Shown one piece after another: positions 21,035 to 30,588 of a DNA stretch of 64,000 nucleotides. Every line of letters starts with the position of its first letter. The first letter of the stretch is position 1. The stretch comes from Gammaproteobacteria bacterium. Its GTDB lineage: Bacteria; Pseudomonadota; Gammaproteobacteria; UBA4575. The notes below the pieces were generated by a model. It had not been told where the DNA came from and ran no database searches. It saw only the letters and a list, made by a program, of their open reading frames with translations. A program made the position numbers and the translations under genes. The stretch lies in NCBI GenBank assembly GCA_965221955.1, contig CBDCTA010000002.1, forward strand, positions 32,001-96,000, read 5' to 3'.

Positions 21035-21592
21035 ATGAACCTTTATGACGATGAAAAAATAGAAATAGCTATATTAGGAAGTGGCAAATTATCTGATTTG
21101 ATAATTGAAAAGCTAATACCTACTCAAATTACTATTAATATTTTAGAGTCTGATAAAAATCCATACTCTGGAAATTGTAGTGTCCAATCTCATAGCTCTA
21201 TATTAAGAGTCGTAAAATCATCTTCAATCATAATTACAATTCTTTCCGATGGTCCAGCATTAGAAGAAATGCTATTTGGCGAGCAAGGAATACTCAATTA
21301 TGTATCGAGTGTGAACACAATAGTTGATATGAGCTCTGTTTCGCCAGAGCTAATAAAAGAAATTTCAGAACAATTAGTAGAGAAAGAGGTTCCATTTCTA
21401 GATGCTGCGATTATTAATGAAGTGGCGAGTGAATCAGCTCTTATCCAAATGATATTGATTGGAGGAGAGGAGCATATATATAAGAGTGTTTTACCTGTTT
21501 TTCAGACAATCGCAGATGAGGTGAAACACATTGGTGAAAATGGGGCGAGTCAATTCTATCGACAAGCCTTTGGAGTGAGGGCTAAAAGGTAG
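21035..21592 (+). CDS. Stand-alone NAD(P)-binding domain of the beta-hydroxyacid dehydrogenase family, degenerate
   Basis: IAILGSGKL, VDMSSVSP, FLDAAI, IGGEE, HIGENGASQ; no C-terminal helical domain. Confidence 0.7.
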   Translation: MNLYDDEKIEIAILGSGKLSDLIIEKLIPTQITINILESDKNPYSGNCSVQSHSSILRVVKSSSIIITILSDGPALEEMLFGEQGILNYVSSVNTIVDMSSVSPELIKEISEQLVEKEVPFLDAAIINEVASESALIQMILIGGEEHIYKSVLPVFQTIADEVKHIGENGASQFYRQAFGVRAKR

Positions 21593-21780
21593 TAAATTAG
21601 CTGAATTATTCTAATGAGAGTGGTTAATAGCTAATATTAAAATACTTTTTAAAGTTTATTGATTTAATTCTGTAACCACTTGATTATATTAATAATGCAA
21701 GCTATCTTGTTTTTAAAATTACTAAAATGCTTATTGAAGTAATATAATTGCTAAACATGCACTAAATTGGTGAGGAAATT

Positions 21781-22017
21781 GTGTCGGTTGTTCAGTATTT
21801 AGATATTCCAAGTGCCTCAAGGTTTACTGGTATCTCAATCACAAAACTATACAGATTTATCCATGCAGGAGATCTATCCGCCCATAAGGAAAATGGGAAA
21901 CTCGTTGTCAAAGTTCAAGATATTTTGAGGATGAAATCACGAATAAAGGACAGTGAGCTGCTAGAGCCTGCCTTTATGAATTTTATTGCAGAAGTTAAGT
22001 CTAAAAATACAAATTAA
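21781..22017 (+). CDS. Excisionase/MerR-like helix-turn-helix protein
   Basis: YLDIPSASRFTGISITKLYRFIHAGDLSAHK. Confidence 0.7.
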   Translation: MSVVQYLDIPSASRFTGISITKLYRFIHAGDLSAHKENGKLVVKVQDILRMKSRIKDSELLEPAFMNFIAEVKSKNTN

Positions 22018-22030
22018 TTTTCAAGCTAAG

Positions 22031-22516
22031 TTAATTGCTCAGTTTGCAAAATTTACCCGCATGCCATACTGAAGGTGGGCAACTATTTACACTTAAAAAT
22101 TCAACTTGACCAACTAAAATAATATGGTCTCCACCTGGATAAACGTGACTAGTCTTACATTCTAATGATACAGGGCAGTTAGGGAGAATAGGTAGGCCAG
22201 TTGAGCCTTCAACAAATTCATCACCATCAAATTTGTCACATCCTTTAGTGGCAAATTTAAATGCGAGTGCTTCATGCTCATTATCTATGATATTAACTGC
22301 AAACGTGGTTTTTTTGTTGAAGGATTCAAAACAATCAGCATTATTTGCTAAACAAACTAGTATTAACGGCGGAGAAAGCGATAGTGAAGTAAAAGCAGAA
22401 GCTGTAAAGCCACAACGATCACCTTGGTCATTAATAGTTGTGACTATCGTAACGCCACTAGGAAAGCAAGCCATCGCCTGTTTAAAAGAATCATCATTAA
22501 TTTTGTTGGTTGGCAT
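22031..22516 (-). CDS. Flavin reductase, HpaC/RutF-like
   Basis: FPSGVTIVTT, GFTASAFTSLSLSPPLILVC, GGDHIILVG. Confidence 0.93.
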   Translation of the reverse strand: MPTNKINDDSFKQAMACFPSGVTIVTTINDQGDRCGFTASAFTSLSLSPPLILVCLANNADCFESFNKKTTFAVNIIDNEHEALAFKFATKGCDKFDGDEFVEGSTGLPILPNCPVSLECKTSHVYPGGDHIILVGQVEFLSVNSCPPSVWHAGKFCKLSN

Positions 22517-22638
22517 ATTGTCAAATTATAATTTTACTGCACGATTGAATATACACAATAAATCTACGGTTATCGATGTAATAGGAAATCGCTATTGTTA
22601 TTTTAGTATTTAATCATTTATCTTATACACTATTTACT

Positions 22639-22654
22639 TGCAATTTATATGCCA
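22639..22654 (-). promoter_or_regulatory. sigma54 promoter of the flavin reductase gene
   Basis: Minus strand TGGCATATAAATTGCA, GG-N10-GC. Confidence 0.8.
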
Positions 22655-22736
22655 TTAATGTTTAAAAGTTTAATCTACTTAATCTTCGATTTAATAAGGT
22701 TATGCTATTAAAGTTCAGTGAGCTTAATTATTTATT

Positions 22737-22784
22737 TGTTTCAATATGAAAGCTTGAAAATTTTAACTTGTTCTTTTTGATACA
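22737..22784. promoter_or_regulatory. Putative activator binding sites (UAS)
   Basis: TGTTTCAATATGAAAGC and TGTTCTTTTTGATACA, about 85-130 bp upstream of the minus-strand sigma54 promoter. Confidence 0.55.
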
Positions 22785-23007
22785 AATGTTGTAGTGTAAT
22801 ACTAAACAAAATGTAGCAAATTGATAAATAAAGTATCAGCTACATTCTTTATGAAATCATTATAGTAATGAGAGTTAGTTTGGAAGTGGCTGTAAAGATG
22901 TAAGTTATTAAGTACAAAATCTTTTACAACCCGCTAAATGTGAGCATAAGAAATTGCAGCTATTTTTTTATATTACACAAACTAAACATTAAAATTGAGG
23001 AGTGAAA

Positions 23008-24402
23008 ATGAAAATTTCTCATAAAATTTTAGTTGTTGAACATGATGTAGAGTTTGGTGAATCCGTGAAAATTTTGCTCGATGGTGAGCAAATGTCTGTA
23101 ACACATGTCTCAAAAGTTCATGATGCAATGAAAATGCTCTTGTCAGAGCATTATGATTTAATTTTGAGTGATCTAAAGTTAAGCGGTCCAACTGGCCTGG
23201 ACTTATTAAGAAAGGTTCGTGCTGAAAAGCTAGAAATACCGACGATCATTATGACTAGCTACACTTCTATTAAATGTGCTGCACAAGCATTGCGCCTTGG
23301 TGCTGCAGATTACATCCTAAAACCATTTACTGATTCATATTTATTACATGCTGTCGAGAGATGCTTAAAAGAAAAGTATATTCAAAAAGAAAATACTCTA
23401 TTACGACGAAATTTAAGCGCTGCACTACATACCAAGCAAGAAATAATTGGTGACAGTCATTCCATGCATGAGCTTAAGAAATTAATTAAAAGGGTTGGGC
23501 CAAGTGATGCAACTGTTCTTATACAAGGTGAAAGTGGTACTGGTAAAGAATTGGTGGCCTTAGGAATTCATAAAGAAAGTCCACGAAGAGAAGGTAGATT
23601 TGTTCCTGTTAATTGTGGCGCAATACCAATAGAGTTGATGGAATCTGAATTTTTTGGGCATGTAAAAGGTGCATACACGGGTGCTGTTTCAAGTAAAGTA
23701 GGGCTGATTCAAGAGGCGCATGGGGGAACTCTATTTTTAGATGAGATTTCAGAATTAGCACCAATGCTACAAGTGAAATTGTTGCGATTTATACAGGAAA
23801 AAATGATTAAGCCTGTAGGTGAAAGCAAATCTCATGAGGTAGATGTTCGTATTATTGCTGCATGTAATCGAGATTTACAAAATGAAGTTAATGAAGGGCG
23901 AATGCGAGAAGATTTATTTTATCGATTAAATGTCATTCAAATTTCTGTACCTCCGTTGCGTCAACGACTAGAGGATATAGAAATTCTCACACAATATTTT
24001 ATCAATCATTACAATAATAAATTAGGCAGGAAAATTGATAGTGTTGAAGATGAAGCGATTGACTTATTAAAAGAGTATCAATGGCCTGGAAATATTAGAG
24101 AATTAGAAAATTCAATTGAGCGCGCTGTAATATTAGCTAAAAGTGACGAACTGACTGCAGAAGATTTCAAACATATAAAATCAAATGGAGTAAATCAAAA
24201 ACCAATAAATGGTCAAGAGCATAAGTCACATGAGCCGATGTCAATAGAAGATTATACGCGTCGAGTAATTGAAAATTACCAAGATCGCTATAGTGAAATT
24301 GAACTTGCAAATTTATTAGGCATAGGGCGAAAAGCGTTATGGATGCGCCGAAATAGATGGGGACTGTTTAGGGATAAACCAAAAACAGCTGCAGAATTAT
24401 AA
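23008..24402 (+). CDS. Sigma54-dependent response regulator (REC-AAA+-HTH), CbrB-like C-terminus
   Basis: ILSD phosphoacceptor, GESGTGKE, GAYTGA, LFLDEI, WPGNIRELEN; C-terminal SIEDY...ELANLLGIGRKALW.RR; RBS GAGGAG. Confidence 0.92.
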   Translation: MKISHKILVVEHDVEFGESVKILLDGEQMSVTHVSKVHDAMKMLLSEHYDLILSDLKLSGPTGLDLLRKVRAEKLEIPTIIMTSYTSIKCAAQALRLGAADYILKPFTDSYLLHAVERCLKEKYIQKENTLLRRNLSAALHTKQEIIGDSHSMHELKKLIKRVGPSDATVLIQGESGTGKELVALGIHKESPRREGRFVPVNCGAIPIELMESEFFGHVKGAYTGAVSSKVGLIQEAHGGTLFLDEISELAPMLQVKLLRFIQEKMIKPVGESKSHEVDVRIIAACNRDLQNEVNEGRMREDLFYRLNVIQISVPPLRQRLEDIEILTQYFINHYNNKLGRKIDSVEDEAIDLLKEYQWPGNIRELENSIERAVILAKSDELTAEDFKHIKSNGVNQKPINGQEHKSHEPMSIEDYTRRVIENYQDRYSEIELANLLGIGRKALWMRRNRWGLFRDKPKTAAEL

Positions 24403-24578
24403 GATATACATTAAAAATATTTTATAAGCGACATTTAATTTCTGTATATTTAAATTTATTTCAGATTAAATTTCCATTTTAGCTATTACTCATAACTTAT
24501 ATTCTTAAATAATAATTTACTAATTAGCTCGAAATAGTAGATAAATAAATTCGTTTAAAACAAAAATGTGTGCTTCTT

Positions 24579-24616
24579 TGTTTCTATCTAGATATGTTAA
24601 GTGTCTTTTAGAAACA
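24579..24616. promoter_or_regulatory. Putative activator binding sites (UAS)
   Basis: TGTTTC at 24579 and GAAACA at 24611. Confidence 0.55.
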
Positions 24617-24669
24617 CTCTATTCTATTTAATTCTCTTAACCCTGTGAGTTTGCGCGGTTTGCATAAAC

Positions 24670-24685
24670 AGGAACGAAAATTGCT
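24670..24685 (+). promoter_or_regulatory. sigma54 promoter of the ABC binding protein gene
   Basis: AGGAACGAAAATTGCT, GG-N10-GC. Confidence 0.7.
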
Positions 24686-24903
24686 TTATAATTTAAGTAA
24701 GGTATTCTCATGTGCCGCAAGTTTTTAATTATTTGCTTTTGATGGGTTTGTGTACTCCTTCAACATGAATTAAATTACTAATTTGCGGTTACATGAGATT
24801 ACTGAAAATTCAGAAATTAAAATAACTAAATATAAATCCTTGCTTTTTAATATTCATAGACATGCTATGCAATACACAAAAGTATTTATGTAGGAGGAAA
24901 AAA

Positions 24904-26332
24904 ATGAAGTTCTTTAACTTTACAAAGCTAACAGTGTTAACAATATCATTTGTTGCAATGTTAATTAGTCCTTTAGCAATTTTTGCTGAAGGTAAAATGT
25001 ATATTCCTATACCAAGTTATCGTGTAGGACCATACGCTGCAGGAGGAACAGGTTATTACGGCGGTATTCTTGATTACTATAATCTAATGAATATTCGTGA
25101 TGGCGGTGTAGGCGGTGTCAAACTCACTTGGTCAGAGTGTGAAACAGAATATTCTGTAGAACGAGGTGTTGAATGCTATAAGCGAATGAAAGACCGTGAT
25201 GGTGGGGCATTGTTTTTTGATCCTTTAAGTGTAGGTATAGCAATTGCCTTAAATGAAGTGGTTCGTAAAGATCAAATCCCTATGATCACAGTGAATCATG
25301 GCATGAGTGAAACTATTGATGGTGAGGTTTTCCCATATGTATTTCCATTAGGTATGGGTGTTCCTGATGAATACAATGCAACAGTTCGTTTTATGGCACA
25401 TTTAGAATCTGGTGAAAACCCTAATACGGTTGACATCAAGAAGGCTTTAGATGGCAAGAAAATTGTTACATTATTTCATGGGTCTCCTTATGGAAAAGAA
25501 GCACTTGATTACATGGACGCGATGGGTGAAGAGTATGGATTTGAGCATCATAGAATTGAAATTCCACACCCAGGTAACGAACAGCAAGCGCAATGGCTTC
25601 AGATAAGAAAAATTAAACCAGACTTTGTATTCTTACGTGGATGGGGAGTAATGAACCCTGTAGCAATGCAATCTGCAGCGCGTATTGGTTATCCAGTGTA
25701 ATCGTTTGATTGGAAATATTTGGAGTAATTCAGATGAAGATGTGGTGCCTGCGGGTAAAGCTGCACATGGCTATCAAGCTATTACCACACACCCTGCTGG
25801 TATTTTCGCGGATGTTCAAAATGAAATTATTGAAACCGTCTATGGTGGCGGAAAAGGTGATTTACAAGATAAAAGCCGTCTAGGAAGTGTGTATCATAAT
25901 CTTGGTATCACTGCTGGCATCATGCACGTAGAAGCGATTCGAAATGCTCAAAAACGTTGGGGTAATGTGCCTTTAACCGCACAGCAAGTGCGATGGGGCT
26001 TTGAAAACATTCACTTTGACGAAGCAAGAATTAAAGAGTTAGGTGCTGAAGGTTTGTTAGCGCCAATGTTAGTTACTTGTAAAGATCATGTAGGTGGACA
26101 TAATTCTAAATTCCAAAAATACAATGCTGAGAAACCCGTCAAGTGGGAAATTGTTACACCTTGGATTAAAAGCCAAGCACCAATTGATGGGCTCTATGCG
26201 TCAGCTGAGAAATATCGTGCAGATAACGAAATAGAGAAGCGTAACTGTGACGATGAAAATGATCGTAATAACTGGACGCTATCAGGCGATCAGCCAGCTG
26301 TTCCTGCAGGTGTAAGCACTTGGGGCAGTTAA
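24904..26332 (+). CDS. ABC transporter periplasmic binding protein, branched-chain/LivJ-like family; frameshift near 25697
   Basis: Signal peptide, YRVGPYA, ECETEY..ERGVECY, PGNEQQAQWLQIR, GWGVMN, continuing in another frame as GNIWSNSDED; RBS AGGAGG. Confidence 0.85.
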
Positions 26333-26480
26333 AAGGTATTGTGTCTAGATAGTAAATCTATCTACTTGTACATTAGCTGCGCTTTCAAAACGTAGAACAA
26401 CGCATTAGCCACTGAGCAAAAGGCAAGCCGGGTTACAGGAAGTAACTCGTTACAAGGAAGTGCGTCCGGTTTCGTTCAAT

Positions 26481-26529
26481 GAAACACAAAAATTCGTTTC
26501 TTTTTGACCTATGTTTCTAAAATGAAACA
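26481..26529. promoter_or_regulatory. Putative activator binding sites (UAS)
   Basis: Palindrome TGTTTC-TAAAAT-GAAACA at 26512-26529, plus GAAACA at 26481 and CGTTTC at 26495. Confidence 0.6.
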
Positions 26530-26593
26530 TAATATAGTTCTGTGTAAAAACTTATAGTATATTTATAATTGTATCGATAGATCATGGGTCTTA

Positions 26594-26610
26594 TGGCATA
26601 ATAAAATGCA
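26594..26610 (+). promoter_or_regulatory. Probable sigma54 promoter of the ribBA-sfnG operon
   Basis: TGGCATAATAAAATGCA; GG-N11-GC, one base too long across an A run in an indel-rich stretch. Confidence 0.55.
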
Positions 26611-26674
26611 GAATTAGAGCACAATCGCTGCAAGTTTTTATTCAAGGCAATAACTTATATTCAGTAAGTCATCT

Positions 26675-27916
26675 ATGGGTGAAGTTCAATTTAATAGTAT
26701 TTCTGAAGCATTGATTGATTTGCGTCGAGGTAAGTTAGTAATCGTAGTCGATGATGAATGTCGTGAGAATGAAGGTGATTTCATAGGAGCGGCAGATAAA
26801 TGTACCCCTGAAATGATCAATTTCATGGCTACTCATGGTAGAGGTTTAATTTGTACTGCAATTACAAGAGAACGAGCAGATGAGCTTAATTTAGATTTAA
26901 TGGTATGCTGAGTCAGACAATGATTCATTGCACATGAAACACCGTTTTCACAACTTCTGTAGATTTTAAACATGGAACAACAACAGGAATTTCTGCAGCA
27001 GATCGATCGAAAACAGTTAAAGCTTTGTCAGACCACAAATATTAGATGGGGAAAGATTTTGCACGACCTGGGCATATCTTTCCATTACGTGCGGCTAGAA
27101 GGAGGGGTATTTAGAAGAAATGGTCATACTGAAGCAACGATAGATTTAATGGATTTAGCAGGTTTAAAAAAGCCGGTGTTCTGTGTGAAATTATGAATGA
27201 AGATGGTTCACCATGGCGCGTCTTGCCTGAACTTACAAGACATTGGCAAAGATGCATGGATTAAAGATTAATAAGTATAAAAGACTTAATCCAATATAAA
27301 TTACGTTATGAGTCTAGAGTTCAGCGTGTAGTTACGGTTGATTTGCCAACAAATGGGGCGATTTTGAGTTAGTCGCGTTTAGTGATATTTATACTGATAA
27401 AGAACATTTAGCAATCGTCAAAGGGTCATGGGGAAAAGATGATGAAGTCATTGTGCGAATACATTCTGAATGTTTGACGGGTGATGTATTTGGTTCGTCA
27501 CGTTGTGATTGTGGGGATCAACTTCAATCATCAATTAAAAATTCATCAATGAGCATGGCGCTGGAGTCGTTTTATATATGCGAGAAGAGGGAAGAGGCAT
27601 TGGATTGCTTAGTAAACTTAAAGCCTACTCATTACAAGAATGTGGCTTAGATACTGTTCAAGCAAATAGAGCATTAGGATTTGATGCAGATCATCGAGAC
27701 TACACTGTAGCAGCACATATACTAAGTGCATTGCATGTTGAACGAGTTCAGTTGTTAACAAATAATATGAATAAATGTTGTTGGATGGAGAAACATGGAA
27801 TTGAGTGTACAAAAAGAATTCCGATCTTGTCACCATGTGAAGATCACGAATACCGAAAAAAATATTTAAATACTAAAAAAGAGAAAATGGGTCATGTAAT
27901 CCCCATGAAGAAATGA
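26675..27916 (+). pseudogene. ribBA: Bifunctional DHBP synthase/GTP cyclohydrolase II with multiple frameshifts (sequencing indels or pseudogene)
   Basis: Fragments [64 protein letters not shown] in changing frames. Confidence 0.88.
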
Positions 27917-27980
27917 AAGAGATAAATTATTAATTGTTTTAACCTGGATTATTTAATGGAGAAATTTCGTAGGAGGAAAA

Positions 27981-28169
27981 ATGTCTGAGAATGAAGAATT
28001 TGGTTTAAAGGACTTAACTGCAGAAATGATAAAAATCGTAAGGAATGAGACAAGAGCTGGAACAATAGACTGTAGGGATGCGTTGATTGAAAGTAAGGGA
28101 GATACGGATAAAGCGATAGAGATTTTGAAAGAGAAGGGAATTGGAACACCAAAAAAAGTTTGGACGTAA
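27981..28169 (+). CDS. Stand-alone EF-Ts N-terminal (UBA-like) domain microprotein
   Basis: LTAEMIKIVRNETRAGTIDCRDALIESKGDTDKAIEILKEKG aligns with the EF-Ts N-terminus; RBS AGGAGG. Confidence 0.75.
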   Translation: MSENEEFGLKDLTAEMIKIVRNETRAGTIDCRDALIESKGDTDKAIEILKEKGIGTPKKVWT

Positions 28170-28287
28170 GAATTATGCCTTTTGCAACGGTTGTATTATT
28201 GAATATATTTAACTTGATAAATAATTGTTCAAAGAATGCAGAGAAAATTGATACATAGTCGACTATATAAGAGAACAGAGGTGAAAA

Positions 28288-29460
28288 ATGGCAACATATC
28301 CAAAACTATTACCAAATTCTGAGAATCCACTTAAGCCTTCGGCTTGGCTGGAATCAGATCAAGTGGAGTTTGCGTATTGGGTGCCCAACATATCTGGTGG
28401 TTTGGTAATTACAACACTACCTATGGATACTGATTGGACTCCTGAGGCAAACATTAAATATGCGCAAGATGCAGAAGAAGTAGGATTTGCAACTGCTCTA
28501 TGCCAAACACGTTGGTTTGCAAGTTATGGCGCAGACCATCAACACGAAGCATTCACAATTGCGAATGTACTTCTACAACACACTAAAAAAATTGAAATGA
28601 TTACTGCATGTCATCCCGGTTTATGGCATCCGGCAATTGTGGCTAAGTTGCAAGCATCGCTTGATGTTTGTTGTCAAGGCCGTACTTCAATTAATATCGT
28701 GAGTGGCTGGTTCAAAGGCGAATTTACGGGTTATGGCTTACCATGGCTTGAGCATACTGAACGATATCGTAGATCCGAAGAATTCATTCGTATTATGAAA
28801 GGTATGTGGACTGAAGAAGAGTACACCATGTACGGGGATTTCTATCAAATAAATGGTGCTCCAATGCTACCAAAGCCGTTACACAGAATTACAGTATTTC
28901 AGGGTGGAAACTCTAAAGATGCGCGTCGAATGGCAGGTAGAGTGACAGATTGCTTGTTTATGAATGGAAATACAAACAAAGGCTTTAAAGAAATTATGGA
29001 TGATTCTCGTGCCTCTGCAGTCGAGAGTGGTCGTGATCCTAACGAACTTAAGTTTGGTGCAAATGGTTTTTGTATTGTTCGCGATACGATGGAAGAAGCA
29101 ACCGATACTTTGCGTGAAATCATCGTTAATGCTGATGTAGAAGCTGTGAAGGGTTTTGGTGAAGCTGTGAAAAACGCAGGCCGATCATCTGCTGAAGGTG
29201 AAGGCATGTGGGCAAATTCATCATTTGAAGATTTAGTTCAATATAATGATGGCTTTAAGACTGGCCTTATTGGCACACCAGAAACAGTTGCTGATCGTAT
29301 TATTGAGCTAAAACAGTTAGGTATGAAAGTAATCCTTTGTGGGTTCTTGCACTACAATACAGACTTAAGAGCATTTGGCGAGAAGGTTATTCCTTTAGTG
29401 CGTGAGAAAGAAGAAGACCTTCGCAAAGGTAAGTCTTACGGCAAAAAGAAGTCTGCTTAA
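28288..29460 (+). CDS. sfnG: Luciferase-like FMNH2-dependent monooxygenase, SfnG (dimethylsulfone monooxygenase) family
   Basis: FAYWVPNISGGLV, NIVSGWFKGEF, EHTERYRRSEEFIR, FQGGNS, FEDLVQYNDGFKTGLIGTP, GFLH. Confidence 0.85.
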   Translation: MATYPKLLPNSENPLKPSAWLESDQVEFAYWVPNISGGLVITTLPMDTDWTPEANIKYAQDAEEVGFATALCQTRWFASYGADHQHEAFTIANVLLQHTKKIEMITACHPGLWHPAIVAKLQASLDVCCQGRTSINIVSGWFKGEFTGYGLPWLEHTERYRRSEEFIRIMKGMWTEEEYTMYGDFYQINGAPMLPKPLHRITVFQGGNSKDARRMAGRVTDCLFMNGNTNKGFKEIMDDSRASAVESGRDPNELKFGANGFCIVRDTMEEATDTLREIIVNADVEAVKGFGEAVKNAGRSSAEGEGMWANSSFEDLVQYNDGFKTGLIGTPETVADRIIELKQLGMKVILCGFLHYNTDLRAFGEKVIPLVREKEEDLRKGKSYGKKKSA

Positions 29461-29521
29461 TCAAGTAAAGTACTAAGCTTAGATTATCTAATGCTATGTA
29501 TTTTCCTCTGCCAGAAACGCT

Positions 29522-29561
29522 GAGAAAAGGAATTAAATAGAAATTATAAATTCCTTTTCTC
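29522..29561 (+). terminator. 13-bp stem-loop between sfnG and the FMN reductase (partial terminator or mRNA stabiliser)
   Basis: GAGAAAAGGAATT-N14-AATTCCTTTTCTC. Confidence 0.65.
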
Positions 29562-29596
29562 TTGTCGTTTCTAGCATTATTTAGGAGGTATATGTA

Positions 29597-30196
29597 ATGA
29601 AATTACTAGGAATATCAGGAGGCATGAGTCAAAAAACTCTTGTTGCTTTAGAAAAGGCACTTGATTTTGCATATCAATATGACAATGCTATAGATATTGA
29701 GGTAATAAGTATTGGCGAGCTTGATATCCAATTTTGTGATGGTAGAGATCCGGCAAAATATGAAGGCGATACAAAGCTTATTATTGACAAAATTATTGAT
29801 GCAGATGCATTGATATTTGGAACACCGATGTATCGAGGGACTTATACTGGACTGTTAAAAAACGTTTTTGACTTAATCCCGAATGACGCACTTATGGGTA
29901 AACCAGTAGGCTTGATTGCAACAGGTGGTAGTGATCATCATTATTTAGCATTAGAGCACGAACTCAAACCTTTGTTAGGTTTTTTTCTCGCACACGCTAT
30001 TCCTGGGAATGTGTATGCAAATAATGAGCATTATTCTAATAGGGATTTAGTAGATCAAGATGTTCTTGACCGTTTAAGAGAGCTTGCAGAGTCTATTGTA
30101 AATTTTGTAAGAATCTTGCCGGAAGATAAAGCAAGCCTCGTAGGTGCGAGAGCACCCACTATAAGAAGGAAGCCTATACTAAAAAAAGCTAGTTAA
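29597..30196 (+). CDS. NAD(P)H-dependent FMN reductase (SsuE/MsuE/SfnF family)
   Basis: GTPMYRGTYTGLLKNVFDL, ATGGSDHH, LEHELKPLLGFF. Confidence 0.9.
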   Translation: MKLLGISGGMSQKTLVALEKALDFAYQYDNAIDIEVISIGELDIQFCDGRDPAKYEGDTKLIIDKIIDADALIFGTPMYRGTYTGLLKNVFDLIPNDALMGKPVGLIATGGSDHHYLALEHELKPLLGFFLAHAIPGNVYANNEHYSNRDLVDQDVLDRLRELAESIVNFVRILPEDKASLVGARAPTIRRKPILKKAS

Positions 30197-30233
30197 AAAT
30201 AAATAATAAATACTCATATTGTCGGAGGAACGT

Positions 30234-30539
30234 ATGTCTCAAAATAATCCTAAATATAAAATTTTGCAGCAAGTCGTAGATGAAGAAACGTATAGGACAG
30301 ATACATCTACTTTATTGGCTTATGATGAAGGCAATAGTAAATTTCTTTTTAGGGCATTAAATTCTAATTATTTTTTACAAAGTGACGATAAAGAAGAAAT
30401 ACAAGTATTAGAAATGGGTGAGGCTGAAGAGATGTGGAATGAAATGCCAAATAAGCATGTAACGAATATTACTGCTGCATTTCCAAAATATCATGGTGGT
30501 GTAGGAATGGATACCTATACTAATTTGTATGACGACTAA
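30234..30539 (+). CDS. Hypothetical protein
   Basis: GGAGG RBS and ATG at 30234; 101 aa; no motif recognised. Confidence 0.75.
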   Translation: MSQNNPKYKILQQVVDEETYRTDTSTLLAYDEGNSKFLFRALNSNYFLQSDDKEEIQVLEMGEAEEMWNEMPNKHVTNITAAFPKYHGGVGMDTYTNLYDD

Positions 30540-30588
30540 TCTTGTAGCACATTAAGATAATTAGCTTATAAGCTTTAAGGGGTTAGTA

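Noticed and set aside
21781-22017. Prophage or integrative element marked by the excisionase-like gene
   Set aside because: No integrase, att repeats, tRNA or phage genes nearby.
26675-27916. Programmed frameshifting or real pseudogenisation of ribBA
   Set aside because: Many scattered single-base indels with catalytic motifs intact, and similar indels in fliK, the binding protein and B3/B4. Low-coverage sequencing error is the simpler explanation; reads are needed to decide.
26675-30196. Bioluminescence (lux-rib-like) operon
   Set aside because: The luciferase-fold protein has SfnG signature motifs, there is only one copy, and luxC, luxD and luxE are absent.
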